A DNA stretch of 64,000 bases from Amaricoccus sp. (GCA_048594665.1 JBMDWT010000033.1:48094-112093); one strand, 5' to 3'. Positions 18,762 to 30,251 are shown, counted from the first letter of the stretch. Program-made: numbers and translations. The notes: generated by a model not told the origin, from the letters alone.

Positions 18762-19363
18762 GGGTCAAAATTCCCCTTAAAGAACTGTACGGTCCGGTGA
18801 GCCGTTAACGATTGCAAGGGCCTTGGCCAAAGTCGGTCGCGAAAATGCACGAATGATCGAAAGGATATTCTTTTGGCGAAAGCTTCCGAGGCAGCTTGCC
18901 CTGTGCCGATGAATGCCACCGTGAGATCAAGAATAGCCGAGCGGAACGCGTAGTCAAAAACTTTTCGGTCCCTGGTAAATCCTGGCTGCGAAGTTCGAAT
19001 CTGAGCCGCGTGTCCGGTTTCGGAGGGACGAATCCGGCCCTGAGTTGGTCGTGCGCGGTCGATGGCCATGTCAGTCGTCCGGAGCCGCGGGAAAGCGGCT
19101 GTTCGCCTCCAGGCTTACCAGAGGCCGGGCCGTCGCCGCCCGCGCTCAAATTCCGACGCCCGATGGAGAGACTCATTCCAGGCAACGTCACATCGTATGA
19201 ACCGAAGGCCGGTCCAACCGGGTCAATCTCGCCGCGATCAGATCGCAGAGACCCTGCGCAATCGGCTGTGGAAGAGTCCTGAAGCAGTCTGGAAAAACCG
19301 CTTCAGTCTGCCCCGCTACGTTCCGCTCCCGGTCCGGCGAGGGTCCGCCGGCCCAGGCCTCTG

Positions 19364-20854
<1,491 letters not shown>

Positions 20855-20885
20855 CTATTCCATGGACGGCGACAAAAGAAAACCC

Positions 20886-21611
20886 TCACCCCGCGCCGGG
20901 CGCCTTCCTGAATCCGGTGGCGACGACATATTTTTCCGACGAATCCGACCGGCTGGCAGGGGGCTTCACCTGGGCGACCTTGGCAAAGGCGAGGTTCAGC
21001 CGCCGCACCAGACCGATCTCCGCGCCCCCGGCCAGAACCTTGGCCACGAAGGTTCCGCCCGGCTCCAGCACTTCGACCGCGAAATCGAGCGCCGCCTCGC
21101 AGAGCGCCATGATCCGCAGATGATCCGTCGGCTGATGACCGGAGGAAGCCGCCGCCATGTCCGACATCACCACATCGGCCCGCCCGCCCAGCCACTCGCG
21201 CACCTGGGCATCCGCCCCTTCGCTCAGGAAATCGAGCACATGCAGATCGGCGCCCGCGATCGGCTCCACCTCGCGCAGGTCGATCCCGAGCACCCGGCCC
21301 ACCGGCTTGCCGCGCGTCTCGCCGAGCGCATTGACCCGGGCCACCGCGACCTGGCTCCAGCCGCCCGGCGCATGGCCGAGATCGACCACCCGCGCCCCCG
21401 GTTTCAGGAACCGGTATTTGTCATCCAGTTCGATGATCTTGTAGGCCGCCCGCCCGCGATAGCCCTCGGCCTTGGCCCGGGCGACATAGGGATCGTTGAG
21501 CTGCCGGGCGAGCCAGAGCGTGGAGGAGAGCTTGCGCCCCTTGGCGGTCTTGACCCGGACGCGCAGATCGCGCCGACCCCGGCCGGAATTGGGCTTCTTG
21601 TCGTCGCTCAC
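20886..21611 (-). CDS. rlmE: 23S rRNA Um2552 methyltransferase RlmE
   Basis: [38 protein letters not shown]. Confidence 0.95.
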   Translation of the reverse strand: MSDDKKPNSGRGRRDLRVRVKTAKGRKLSSTLWLARQLNDPYVARAKAEGYRGRAAYKIIELDDKYRFLKPGARVVDLGHAPGGWSQVAVARVNALGETRGKPVGRVLGIDLREVEPIAGADLHVLDFLSEGADAQVREWLGGRADVVMSDMAAASSGHQPTDHLRIMALCEAALDFAVEVLEPGGTFVAKVLAGGAEIGLVRRLNLAFAKVAQVKPPASRSDSSEKYVVATGFRKAPGAG

Positions 21612-21737
21612 GTCATGCTCCCCCTGATCCCGCCTCTTGGCCGCGACCGCCCGCCAAGGTCAAGGGCCGATCGCGGGAGCGCCCCGCGGGAGAGTCCGCT
21701 TGGCGCCGACCGTCCGCCGAGCCCGCCTGTGTTCGCC

Positions 21738-21899
21738 GCGATTTCCTGACCGGCAGGTGAGATCACCTGCCTCGAAATCGCACGCCATTGCCTGTCGCGA
21801 TTTCTTGACCGGCAGGCGATCCCGCCTGCCTCGAAATCGCGCGCCTTTGCCTGTCGCGATTTCTTAACCGGCAGGTGAGATCACCTGCCTCGAAATCGC
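21738..21899. repeat. Three tandem 59-bp units, each with a 44-bp nested hairpin (REP/BIME-like)
   Basis: Units start at 21738, 21797, 21856: gcgatttc-N6-ggcagg(t/c)g-N4-c(a/g)cctgcc-tc-gaaatcgc. Confidence 0.9.
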
Positions 21900-21900
21900 T

Positions 21901-23028
21901 TTATTCAGCGCGCATTCCGCCCTGGAACACGCCCTTGGCGCTCATCATCGCAAAGAGCATGCCCTCGCGCAGGCCCCGGTCCGCCACCCGCATCGATTCG
22001 GTGGGCCAGATCCGGAGCAGGGTCTGGAGGATCGCGGCCCCCGACATGATCAGTTCCGACCGGTCGCGCCCCAGTCCGATGTCATTGCGCCGCCCCTCCG
22101 GCCCCAGCCGCAGGAACCGGCTGATCACCTCCTCGATGGCGCGCGAGGTCAGGCACATGCCATCGACCTTGCGCCGGTCATAGCGCTTGAGGCCGAGATG
22201 CGCGGCCCCGACCGTGGTCACCGTCCCCGAGGTGCCGATCATCTGGAACCGCGAGGCATCGGCCTCGCCCAGGGTTTCGAGATAGGGTTTGAAGCCGACG
22301 ATCTGTTCCTCGAAATACCAGGACATCAGGGCAAATCGCGCGCTGTCGTCCACCACATCGGCGAACCGCTCGTGCAGGGTGGCGACCCCGAGCGGGACGG
22401 AGATGAAATCGACGGTGCGCGCCCCGCCCGGCATGCATTTGCCGCCATTGACTTCGAGATTGAGGATGGCCTCCGCCCGTTTTTCCGGCGGCACGTCGCC
22501 GAGATCGATCCAGACCAGTTCGGTCGAGCCGCCGCCGATATCGAAGACCAGCACCTGGCTCGCATCCTGTGACACGAGCGGCGCGCAGGAGATCACCGCG
22601 AGCCGCGCTTCCTCCTCGGGGCGGATCACTTCGAGCCTGAGGCCGGTTTCGCGCGTCACCATGGCCAGGAAATGCGAGCCGTTGCGGGCCCGGCGACAGG
22701 CCTCGGTCGCGACCAGCCGCGCATTCTTGACATGATAGCGCCGCAGTTTCTCGGCGCAGATTTCGAGGGCGGAGAGGGTACGGCTGATCGAGCCGCGTGA
22801 CAGATGTCCGGTGCGTTCCAGTCCCGAGCCAAGCCGGACGGATTTTGCAAAAGCATCGACCACCCGGAAGTGGCCGGCTTCCGGGGTAGCAATCAACATC
22901 CGACAACTGTTCGTTCCCAGATCAAGGGCCGCGAACAGTTCGGGTTCAGCCTGCGCAGGCCTATAGCTTGGGCGCCGAAGCGCCAGTGCGACATTTTCCT
23001 GCGCGGACTCGGGACAGTCCTGCGCCAT
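21901..23028 (-). CDS. ppx: Ppx/GppA family phosphatase
   Basis: AALDLGTNSCRML, EEEARL, FDIGGGSTE, GTSGT, RGLREG. Confidence 0.9.
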   Translation of the reverse strand: MAQDCPESAQENVALALRRPSYRPAQAEPELFAALDLGTNSCRMLIATPEAGHFRVVDAFAKSVRLGSGLERTGHLSRGSISRTLSALEICAEKLRRYHVKNARLVATEACRRARNGSHFLAMVTRETGLRLEVIRPEEEARLAVISCAPLVSQDASQVLVFDIGGGSTELVWIDLGDVPPEKRAEAILNLEVNGGKCMPGGARTVDFISVPLGVATLHERFADVVDDSARFALMSWYFEEQIVGFKPYLETLGEADASRFQMIGTSGTVTTVGAAHLGLKRYDRRKVDGMCLTSRAIEEVISRFLRLGPEGRRNDIGLGRDRSELIMSGAAILQTLLRIWPTESMRVADRGLREGMLFAMMSAKGVFQGGMRAE

Positions 23029-23254
23029 ACAACAGCCAATTCCAGATCATGCGGAGCCTTCCGCCGTTTGGATGAACGTTACATGACGGATTGCCGCAAA
23101 GCAACAATCGCGGAGGACCGCGCGGTCTCCGAACAAATTCCGTTGATGTCGCCGATTTTCGGGGCAGGGGGGAAATACGCCTGCCAATGCGATGATTTCA
23201 CGGGGAGTATCGCCGTGCGCCACTCCCCGTGAACATCCCGCGGTGGAGCGGGCC

Positions 23255-24139
23255 TCAGGCCTCGGCCACCTGAGAGAGCGGCGCCGCCGCGTAGCCCAGC
23301 GCCTGACAGACGTCGAAGGTCAGATTCGGATTGTTGAGGGTATAGACATGCAGATGCTCGACCCCGGCGGCGATCAGTCCATCGACCTGTTCGCAGGCGA
23401 TCGACACCGAGAGGGTATAGGCTTCCTCCGGGGTTTCCGCCCGGGCGAAGGCCGCGTGCATCCACTCCGGCACCCGCGCCTGACAGCGTCCCGCGAAATT
23501 CACCATCTTGGCGAAATTCTCGACCGGCAGCAGCCCGGGCAGGATCGGCGCATGGATTCCCGCCGCCGCGCAGGCGTCGCGGAACCGCAGGAAATCCTCG
23601 TTGTCAAAGAAGAACTGCGTGATCGCGTTCGCGGCCCCCGCGTCGAGCTTGCGCTTGAGATTGTCGATATCCGCCGCCAGCGACAGAGCCTCCGGATGCT
23701 TCTCGGGGTAGGCGCCCACGGAAATCTCGAAATCCCCGACCGACCGCAACCCGGCCACCAGTTCCGCGGCGCTCGCAAATCCGTCCGGATGCGGCGTGAA
23801 ATGCGTCTGGCCCTTGGGCGCGTCCCCGCGCAGCGCCACGATCCGCCGCACGCCGAGCCGCGCATAGCCCCGCGCCACCTCCAGCGTTTCCTCGCGGCTG
23901 GCCCCGACGCAGGTCAGATGCCCCGCCACATTGAGGCGCGCCCGCTCCAGGATGGTCTGGATCGCGACATTGGTCCGATCCCGGGTGGTCCCGCCGGCCC
24001 CATAGGTCACCGACACGAACCGCGGCCCCAGGGGCGCCAGACGCTCGACGGAGCGCCAGAGCCTGAGGCTCGCTTCCGGGGAATGAGGGGGGAAAAATTC
24101 GAAAGACAGGCTCGGAAGAGCCCCTTTGTTCTCTGACAT
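23255..24139 (-). CDS. metF: 5,10-methylenetetrahydrofolate reductase
   Basis: SFEFFPP, FVSVTYGAGG, HLTCV, ALRGD, YPEKH, ITQFFFD; start at ATG 24139. Confidence 0.95.
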   Translation of the reverse strand: MSENKGALPSLSFEFFPPHSPEASLRLWRSVERLAPLGPRFVSVTYGAGGTTRDRTNVAIQTILERARLNVAGHLTCVGASREETLEVARGYARLGVRRIVALRGDAPKGQTHFTPHPDGFASAAELVAGLRSVGDFEISVGAYPEKHPEALSLAADIDNLKRKLDAGAANAITQFFFDNEDFLRFRDACAAAGIHAPILPGLLPVENFAKMVNFAGRCQARVPEWMHAAFARAETPEEAYTLSVSIACEQVDGLIAAGVEHLHVYTLNNPNLTFDVCQALGYAAAPLSQVAEA

Positions 24140-24243
24140 CTGCACCGGTCCATACCGACAATGAAGTTTGCAAGGGGCAACATATGTCTGGAATCGATTC
24201 CCGGCAATGTTTATCTGCCTCAAACGCATTGGAACGGACAGTT

Positions 24244-24549
24244 ATGCCACAGGTCACCATCGTCTACTGGCGCGATATCCCGGCGCAGGTCATCGTGGGG
24301 GCGGGCCGCCGTGCCACCAAGGTCCAATTGCCCGAACGCTTCGAACAGGCCATCGACCGATGTGCGATGAAGGTTGGTGCCCGGGACTCCGACGCCTATC
24401 TCGCCGATTGGCGCAAGAGCGACCCCTATGACGTCGAAGGCGAGCCCGCCGATGTCGCATCCAGAGAGGCGGCGCGACTGGAAGTCGAGTTTAACCAGAC
24501 CATGCTACAGGACCTGCTCGCCCGGGGTGGCTGGCACACATCCCGTTGA
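24244..24549 (+). CDS. 'Virulence factor' family small protein typical of corrinoid/folate methyl-transfer clusters
   Basis: IVYWRDIPAQV and FEQAIDRCAM signature; 101 aa. Confidence 0.75.
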   Translation: MPQVTIVYWRDIPAQVIVGAGRRATKVQLPERFEQAIDRCAMKVGARDSDAYLADWRKSDPYDVEGEPADVASREAARLEVEFNQTMLQDLLARGGWHTSR

Positions 24550-24560
24550 AGGAGATCCGA

Positions 24561-25454
24561 ATGGCCGAAATCATCCCCTTCCTCCGCCGGTCGCGCGTCG
24601 CCGCCCAGGATCTGTCGCACTTCCTCTCCGGCTTCTCGATCGAGGTCACGCCGCGCACCGCCGCCCGGGTCGAAAATTTCCGCGACCTGCTGCCGAGGGG
24701 CACCCGCGTCTATGTCGCCCATATCGATGGCACCAATCTCGCCGACATGCTGGCCACCGCCCGCCGCCTGGTCGACGATGGCTTCGCCGTCATGCCGCAT
24801 GTCCCGGCCCGCGGAATTCGCGACCGCTCCGAACTGCGCAACCGGATCGCCGCCTATTCGGACGTCGGCGTGCATCAGGCGCTGGTGATCGCGGGCGGCA
24901 TCCCCCGCCCGCGCGGCGACTTCTCGGATTCGATGCAGCTGCTCGAAACCGGGATCTTCGACCGGTACGGCTTCACCGACCTGCATGTCGCGGGCCATCC
25001 GGAGGGGTCGCGCGACATCGCCGATCCGGCCGCCGCCCTGCGCTGGAAGAACGACTTCCAGACCCGCACCGACGCCCGCATGGCCCTCACCACCCAGTTC
25101 TGCTTCGAGGCGCAACCGATCATCGACTGGGCCGAACGGATCCGCGACCAGGGCATCACCCTGCCGGTCCATATCGGCATCGCCGGTCCCGCCAAGCTCC
25201 AGACCTTGTTGAAATTCGCCATGACCTGTGGCATCGGACCCTCATTGTCCGTCCTGCATCGCCGGGCCGCCGATCTCTCCCGGCTGATGCTGCCGTTTGA
25301 ACCCACCGACCTGCTGGCAACCCTCGCGCGCCACAAGGCCGCCCATCCGGAGTTCGCCGTGGAACGTGTCCATCTCTTCCCGCTCGGGGGCATCACCGCC
25401 ACCACCGATTTCGCCGCCCGCCACGCGGTCCGGCCCCGGCGGGCGCGCGCATGA
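24561..25454 (+). CDS. MTHFR-like flavoprotein (second MetF paralog)
   Basis: FSIEVTP, VMPHVPAR, VAGHPEG, TTQFCFE, GIAGPA. Confidence 0.8.
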   Translation: MAEIIPFLRRSRVAAQDLSHFLSGFSIEVTPRTAARVENFRDLLPRGTRVYVAHIDGTNLADMLATARRLVDDGFAVMPHVPARGIRDRSELRNRIAAYSDVGVHQALVIAGGIPRPRGDFSDSMQLLETGIFDRYGFTDLHVAGHPEGSRDIADPAAALRWKNDFQTRTDARMALTTQFCFEAQPIIDWAERIRDQGITLPVHIGIAGPAKLQTLLKFAMTCGIGPSLSVLHRRAADLSRLMLPFEPTDLLATLARHKAAHPEFAVERVHLFPLGGITATTDFAARHAVRPRRARA

Positions 25455-26110
25455 CCGCGGCCCTGCTCTTCGACCTCGACGGCACGCTGATCGACACCGA
25501 CCTGTTGCACCACGCCGCCTATGTTACCGTGATGGCCGAACGCGGGCGCGATCTCACGCTCGATGAATACCGCCAGCATATCATGGGCAAACCCAACGCC
25601 GATATCGTGGCGCGCTATTTCCCGGACGCTCCCGACGCCGAGGCTCTGGTGCATCGCAAGGAATCGCTCTTTCTGGAAAAACTGGGCACGTCCGTTCCGC
25701 CGCTCCACGGGCTCGCGGCCGTGCTCGACTGGGCGGTGGCCCATGACATCGGGATGGCCGTCGTCACCAATGCCCCGCGCACCAATGCCGAGGCGATGCT
25801 GCGCGCCGCAGGTCTCACCGACCGGTTCCCGACGCTGGTGATCGGGGACGAATGCGAACGCGCCAAACCGGACCCGCTGCCCTACCAGACCGCGATGCGG
25901 CGCCTCGGCGTGACCCCCTCCCGCTCCATCGCCTTCGAGGACAGCCCCTCGGGCCTGCGCGCCGCCCGCGCCTCGGGCGCCTATGTCTTTGGCCTGACCA
26001 CCGGTCTTTCGCCCGAAACCCTGATCGGCGCGGGCGCGCACCGGACGATCGCCGACTATACCGATCCCGCGCTCTGGGACCGCCTCGAAACGCTCAAGAG
26101 CGCCGGATGA
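25451..26110 (+). CDS. HAD-superfamily hydrolase (subfamily IA)
   Basis: FDLDGTL motif I, VVTNA, KPDP, FEDS motif IV. Confidence 0.9.
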   Translation: MTAALLFDLDGTLIDTDLLHHAAYVTVMAERGRDLTLDEYRQHIMGKPNADIVARYFPDAPDAEALVHRKESLFLEKLGTSVPPLHGLAAVLDWAVAHDIGMAVVTNAPRTNAEAMLRAAGLTDRFPTLVIGDECERAKPDPLPYQTAMRRLGVTPSRSIAFEDSPSGLRAARASGAYVFGLTTGLSPETLIGAGAHRTIADYTDPALWDRLETLKSAG

Positions 26111-27030
26111 CCCGCACCGTCGTCGAGTCGAAAACCCGCTCCGCCATCATCGGCTTCGATCAGCCGTTCTGCGTCATCGGCGAGCGGATCAATCCCACGG
26201 GGCGCAAGCGTCTCGCCGCCGAGCTGGAGGCCGGGGATTTCTCGACGGTGGAACGCGATGCGCTGGAGCAGGTCGCCTGTGGTGCCAGCCTGCTCGATGT
26301 GAACGCGGGCGTGGTCTATCATTCGAACCCGAACCCGAACGAGACCGAGCCGCCGCTTCTGGCCGAAATGATCCGGCGCATCCAATCTCTGGTCGATGCG
26401 CCGCTCTGCATCGATTCGAGCGTGCCGGAGGCGCTGCGGGCGGGGCTCGAAGCCTGCGAGGGCCGCCCCCTGCTCAATTCCGTCACCGGCGAGGAGGAGC
26501 GGCTGGAGCGCGTCCTGCCGCTGGTGCGCAAGTTCAACGTCCCCGTCGTTGCAATCTCCAATGACGACAGCGGGATTTCGATGGATCCCGACGTGCGCTT
26601 CGCCGTCGCCAGGAAGATCGTCGAGCGCGCCGCCGACCATGGCATTGCGGCCGCCGATATCGTGGTCGATCCGCTGATGATGCCGGTGGGGGCCTTGGCC
26701 GACGCGGGTCTCCAGGTCTTCGCGCTGGTCCGCCGCCTGCGTGAGGAACTCGGGGTAAACACCATCTGCGGCGCTTCGAACGTCTCCTTCGGCCTGCCCA
26801 ATCGTCATGCGATCAACGCGGCTTTTCTTCCGATGGCGATCGCGAGCGGGATGACCTCGGCGATTCTCAATCCGGTCAATCCGCGCGAGATGGAGGCGGT
26901 GCGCGCCGCCAATCTGCTGATGAACCGGGATGCGCATGGCGCGGTCTGGATCCGGACGAACAAGCCGCCGCTGGCGGAGGGCGAAGCCCGCCCCGGCGCC
27001 CGCGAGGGCCGAAGGCGTCGGCGCGAATGA
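26107..27030 (+). CDS. Pterin-binding methyltetrahydrofolate:corrinoid methyltransferase (stand-alone MetH pterin domain)
   Basis: VIGERINPTGRK, LDVNAG, LCIDSS, DPLMMP, GASNVSFGLPNR. Confidence 0.9.
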   Translation: MTRTVVESKTRSAIIGFDQPFCVIGERINPTGRKRLAAELEAGDFSTVERDALEQVACGASLLDVNAGVVYHSNPNPNETEPPLLAEMIRRIQSLVDAPLCIDSSVPEALRAGLEACEGRPLLNSVTGEEERLERVLPLVRKFNVPVVAISNDDSGISMDPDVRFAVARKIVERAADHGIAAADIVVDPLMMPVGALADAGLQVFALVRRLREELGVNTICGASNVSFGLPNRHAINAAFLPMAIASGMTSAILNPVNPREMEAVRAANLLMNRDAHGAVWIRTNKPPLAEGEARPGAREGRRRRRE

Positions 27031-27335
27031 CCCCGCCGCCGTGGCGTGAGGTTCCCGGTGGCGTGGAGCTGGCCGTGCGGTTGACCCCGCGCGGGGGCAA
27101 GTCCGGCATCGACGGCATCGCGGAGTGGGACGGCCAACCCTGTCTGCGCCTGCGCGTCGCGGCCCCGCCGGTCGAGGGGGCGGCCAACGCCGCCCTGATC
27201 CTGTTTCTGTCCAAGGCGCTGGGCCTGCCCAAATCCGCGATCACGATCCTGTCCGGCGACCACTCCCGCCTCAAGCGCCTGCGCCTCATGGGCGAGGGTC
27301 TCGACACTCGCCTCGCTCTGCTCACGCAGTCATGA
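27027..27335 (+). CDS. DUF167/YggU family protein
   Basis: VRLTPRGGKS, LRVAAPPVEGAANAAL, GDHSRLK. Confidence 0.85.
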   Translation: MTPPPWREVPGGVELAVRLTPRGGKSGIDGIAEWDGQPCLRLRVAAPPVEGAANAALILFLSKALGLPKSAITILSGDHSRLKRLRLMGEGLDTRLALLTQS

Positions 27336-27477
27336 CTAGGACGGACCAAGCGGTCTTCAGTAATCTTAGGCGCCTATGATCAGTCGCTATGTGATAGGAA
27401 AAAACACGTGAGAAACGATCTCGCCGCCTCAATCCGGGTTTGGATGCGACATTTCGCGCCAAATCATGCGCCAAGAC

Positions 27478-27642
27478 CTAGGCCGCCCTCCGGCTGGAGT
27501 TCAGACTGCCCCCTTCCAGAGGCAACTCGGGCTCCATGCGGCTCACGTTCCTATGCCTGATGCGATAAGCCAGAGCCATGATCCCCGTTGCGATGGCGCC
27601 CAGCGCGACCAGAAAGACCGACAGACCGACGATGTATCCCAT
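27478..27642 (-). CDS. Small single-TM protein, 54 aa (not in the ORF track)
   Basis: Hand-translated MGYIVGLSVFLVALGAIATGIMALAYRIRHRNVSRMEPELPLEGGSLNSSRRAA*; GGAGG 8 nt before the ATG; starts 3 nt after the upstream stop. Confidence 0.55.
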   Translation of the reverse strand: MGYIVGLSVFLVALGAIATGIMALAYRIRHRNVSRMEPELPLEGGSLNSSRRAA

Positions 27643-27645
27643 AGG

Positions 27646-27903
27646 CTAACCCTCCGGTTCCAGGTACGATAAAACCGCATGTGCGAAACAATGAAGCACC
27701 AGCGCGGCTATCAACGCAGGCCATATTACATCTTTCAGGAATGAAAGACCTGATAACATGTCCCCGCTTGGCTTCCCTCTCGCTTCACTCAATTTGGTCA
27801 CAATCGGCGCGATGACAGCCAAGCCGAACGTGCCGATCGCTGTCGTGTTCAGCGCGGTCACCACGAGCTTGACATGCTCGTTCCACCGCTTGGCGGTCAT
27901 CAT
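27646..27903 (-). CDS. Small two-TM hypothetical protein
   Basis: 85 aa with two hydrophobic segments; lower-GC islet. Confidence 0.6.
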   Translation of the reverse strand: MMTAKRWNEHVKLVVTALNTTAIGTFGLAVIAPIVTKLSEARGKPSGDMLSGLSFLKDVIWPALIAALVLHCFAHAVLSYLEPEG

Positions 27904-28180
27904 GCTTTTGCGTATCCCTCAACTTACGATTCTAATCGATCGTTCCATATTTTTTGAGGGTACGATGCGGATCTAATATTGGCTATCGTAAATTTCAAAC
28001 AACGGTGCTCGCGGAGCGGACCTCCTCCCGTCAATGCGCGCGCTGAAGCCGGGTGTCTGGAGCGCGAGGGATATGCGTGCCCATTCCGGTTAAAACTTTA
28101 TGAGCGCTAGAAGAGAAAATGTTTTATTTCAAATACATAGATAGGTGCGCACGCGTGCGCGCCCACCAGGGGGCGGGGGG

Positions 28181-30172
28181 ATGACGGTGTCTGATCCCCT
28201 GGTGATCTTCACCCCCTCCGGCAAGCGGGGCCGGGTTCCGGCGGGGACATCGGTCCTGTCCGCCGCCCGGAGCCTCGGGGTCGATCTCGAGTCCGTCTGC
28301 GGGGGGCGCGGGATCTGCTCGCGCTGTCAGGTGACCCCCTCCCCCGGGGCCTTCCCCCGGCATGGGGTGACGGTGTCGGAGGGGGCCCTCTCGCCCTGGA
28401 ACGCCGTCGAGGAGCGCTACCGATCGAAGCGCGGCCTGGGGGAGGGGCGCAGGCTCGGCTGTCAGGCCCTGATCCTCGGGGACGTGGTGATCGATGTGCC
28501 CCCTGAATCCCAGCTCCACCGGCAGGTCATCCGCAAGCGCGCCGAGGCCCGACAGGTCGTGATGGACCCCGCCACCCGTCTCTGTCTCGTCGAGGTCGCC
28601 CCTCCCGACATGCGCGATCCTTCGGGGGATTTCGAGCGCCTCCGGCGGGCGTTGACCGGGCAATGGGGCCTGACCGGGGTGACGGCGGACCTCCGTCTCC
28701 TCCGGCGCCTTCAGCCCGCGCTGCGGGAGGGCGACTGGACCGTTACCTGCGCGATCCATTCGGGGGAGGAGGGGGCGCGGATCCTCGACATCTGGCCGGG
28801 GTTTCACGAGGGGCCGATCCATGGGCTTGCCATCGATCTCGGCTCGACCACGATCGCGGGCCATCTCTGCGACCTCGTGACCGGAGAGGTGCTGGCCTCC
28901 GCCGGCCTGATGAACCCCCAGATCCGTTTCGGAGAGGATCTGATGAGCCGGGTCAGTTATGCGATGATGAACCCCGGCGGGGCGGCCGACATGACCCGGG
29001 TGGTCCGGGAGGCGCTGAACGCCCTCGTCGCGCAGTGCGCCGCCGAGGCCCGTGTCGCGCCGGAGACGATCTTCGAGGCGGTGATCGTCTGTAATCCGGT
29101 GATGCATCATCTCCTGCTCGGGATCGATCCGGTGGAGCTGGGGCAGGCGCCGTTTGCCCTGGCGACCGCCGGGAGGGTGGTGGCGCGGGCCGTCGAGATC
29201 GATCTGCGGCTCCATCCGGGCGCCTGGATATATATCCCGCCCTGCATCGCCGGTCATGTCGGGGCCGATGCCGCCGCCGTCGCCCTGAGCGAGGCCCCGC
29301 AGCAGTCGGATGATCTGATGCTGATCGTCGATGTCGGGACCAACGCGGAGATCCTGCTCGGAGACCGGACCCGGGTTCTCGCCTGTTCCTCGCCCACCGG
29401 TCCCGCGTTCGAGGGCGCCCAGATCTCCTCCGGTCAGCGCGCCGCCCCCGGTGCCATCGAGCGGGTCGAGATCGATCCGGTCACCCGCGAGCCCCGCTTC
29501 AAGGTGATCGGCTGCGACCTCTGGTCCGACGACCCGGCTTTCACCGCCGCCGTGACCGGTATCTGCGGCTCTGGCATCATCGAGGTCATCGCCGAGATGC
29601 GTCTGGCCGGTCTCCTGGATGCAAGCGGCCTGATCGGTTCCGCCGCCCAGACCGGCACCGACCGCTGTGTTCCCGAAGGCCGCACCCACGCCTATCTGCT
29701 CTACGACGGCGATCCTCGCATTCTGGTGACCCAGGGGGATGTCCGGGCGATCCAGCTGGCCAAATCGGCGCTCTATGCCGGGGCGCGGCTGTTGATGGAC
29801 CAGCGGGGGGTCGATCACGTCGACCGGATCGTGCTCGCGGGAGCCTTTGGGGCGCATATCAGCCCGAAACATGCGATGGTCCTCGGTATGATCCCCGATT
29901 GCGACCTCTCGCGCGTCACATCCGCTGGCAACGCGGCGGGCACGGGGGCCCGTATCGCCCTCCTGAGCCGGGCCGCCCGCCGCGAGGTCGAAACCCTCGT
30001 CACCCGTATCCACAAAGTCGAGACCGCGATCGAGCCCCGATTCCAGGAGCATTTCATCAACGCCAGCGCGATCCCTCATGCGACCGATGCCTTTCCGCGG
30101 CTGTTGGAAGCGGTGACGCTCCCCGATGTTTCCTTCAATCAACGCCCCCAAGGAGGGCGGCGCCGGCGATGA
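28181..30172 (+). CDS. ASKHA-domain reductive activator of corrinoid proteins (RACo/RamA-like, DUF4445) with N-terminal 2Fe-2S domain
   Basis: CGGRGICSRC...RLGCQ ferredoxin motif, AIDLGSTT, DVGTNAE, GPAFEG, GICGSG, LAGAFG, GNAAG. Confidence 0.9.
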   Translation: MTVSDPLVIFTPSGKRGRVPAGTSVLSAARSLGVDLESVCGGRGICSRCQVTPSPGAFPRHGVTVSEGALSPWNAVEERYRSKRGLGEGRRLGCQALILGDVVIDVPPESQLHRQVIRKRAEARQVVMDPATRLCLVEVAPPDMRDPSGDFERLRRALTGQWGLTGVTADLRLLRRLQPALREGDWTVTCAIHSGEEGARILDIWPGFHEGPIHGLAIDLGSTTIAGHLCDLVTGEVLASAGLMNPQIRFGEDLMSRVSYAMMNPGGAADMTRVVREALNALVAQCAAEARVAPETIFEAVIVCNPVMHHLLLGIDPVELGQAPFALATAGRVVARAVEIDLRLHPGAWIYIPPCIAGHVGADAAAVALSEAPQQSDDLMLIVDVGTNAEILLGDRTRVLACSSPTGPAFEGAQISSGQRAAPGAIERVEIDPVTREPRFKVIGCDLWSDDPAFTAAVTGICGSGIIEVIAEMRLAGLLDASGLIGSAAQTGTDRCVPEGRTHAYLLYDGDPRILVTQGDVRAIQLAKSALYAGARLLMDQRGVDHVDRIVLAGAFGAHISPKHAMVLGMIPDCDLSRVTSAGNAAGTGARIALLSRAARREVETLVTRIHKVETAIEPRFQEHFINASAIPHATDAFPRLLEAVTLPDVSFNQRPQGGRRRR

Positions 30173-30251
30173 TCGACGCTTCCAAAATCCGGACATTGTT
30201 CGGGCGATGGACTTGGCCTATGGACAGAACCGGAGCCCGGAAAGGAACCCC

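Noticed and set aside
15882-18800. 972-aa plus-strand ORF antisense to NOS and the radical SAM
   Set aside because: Shadow frame of GC-rich codons with no recognisable motifs; its continuity reflects that the two real genes share a frame.
21738-21899. Possible mini-CRISPR array
   Set aside because: The 15-bp linkers are near-identical rather than unique, the 44-bp units vary internally, and there are no cas genes.
27980-28180. Cobalamin or SAM riboswitch upstream of the ASKHA activator (also sought at 24140-24243)
   Set aside because: No B12-box, GGGAA/GCCACTG or SAM-riboswitch core could be found.
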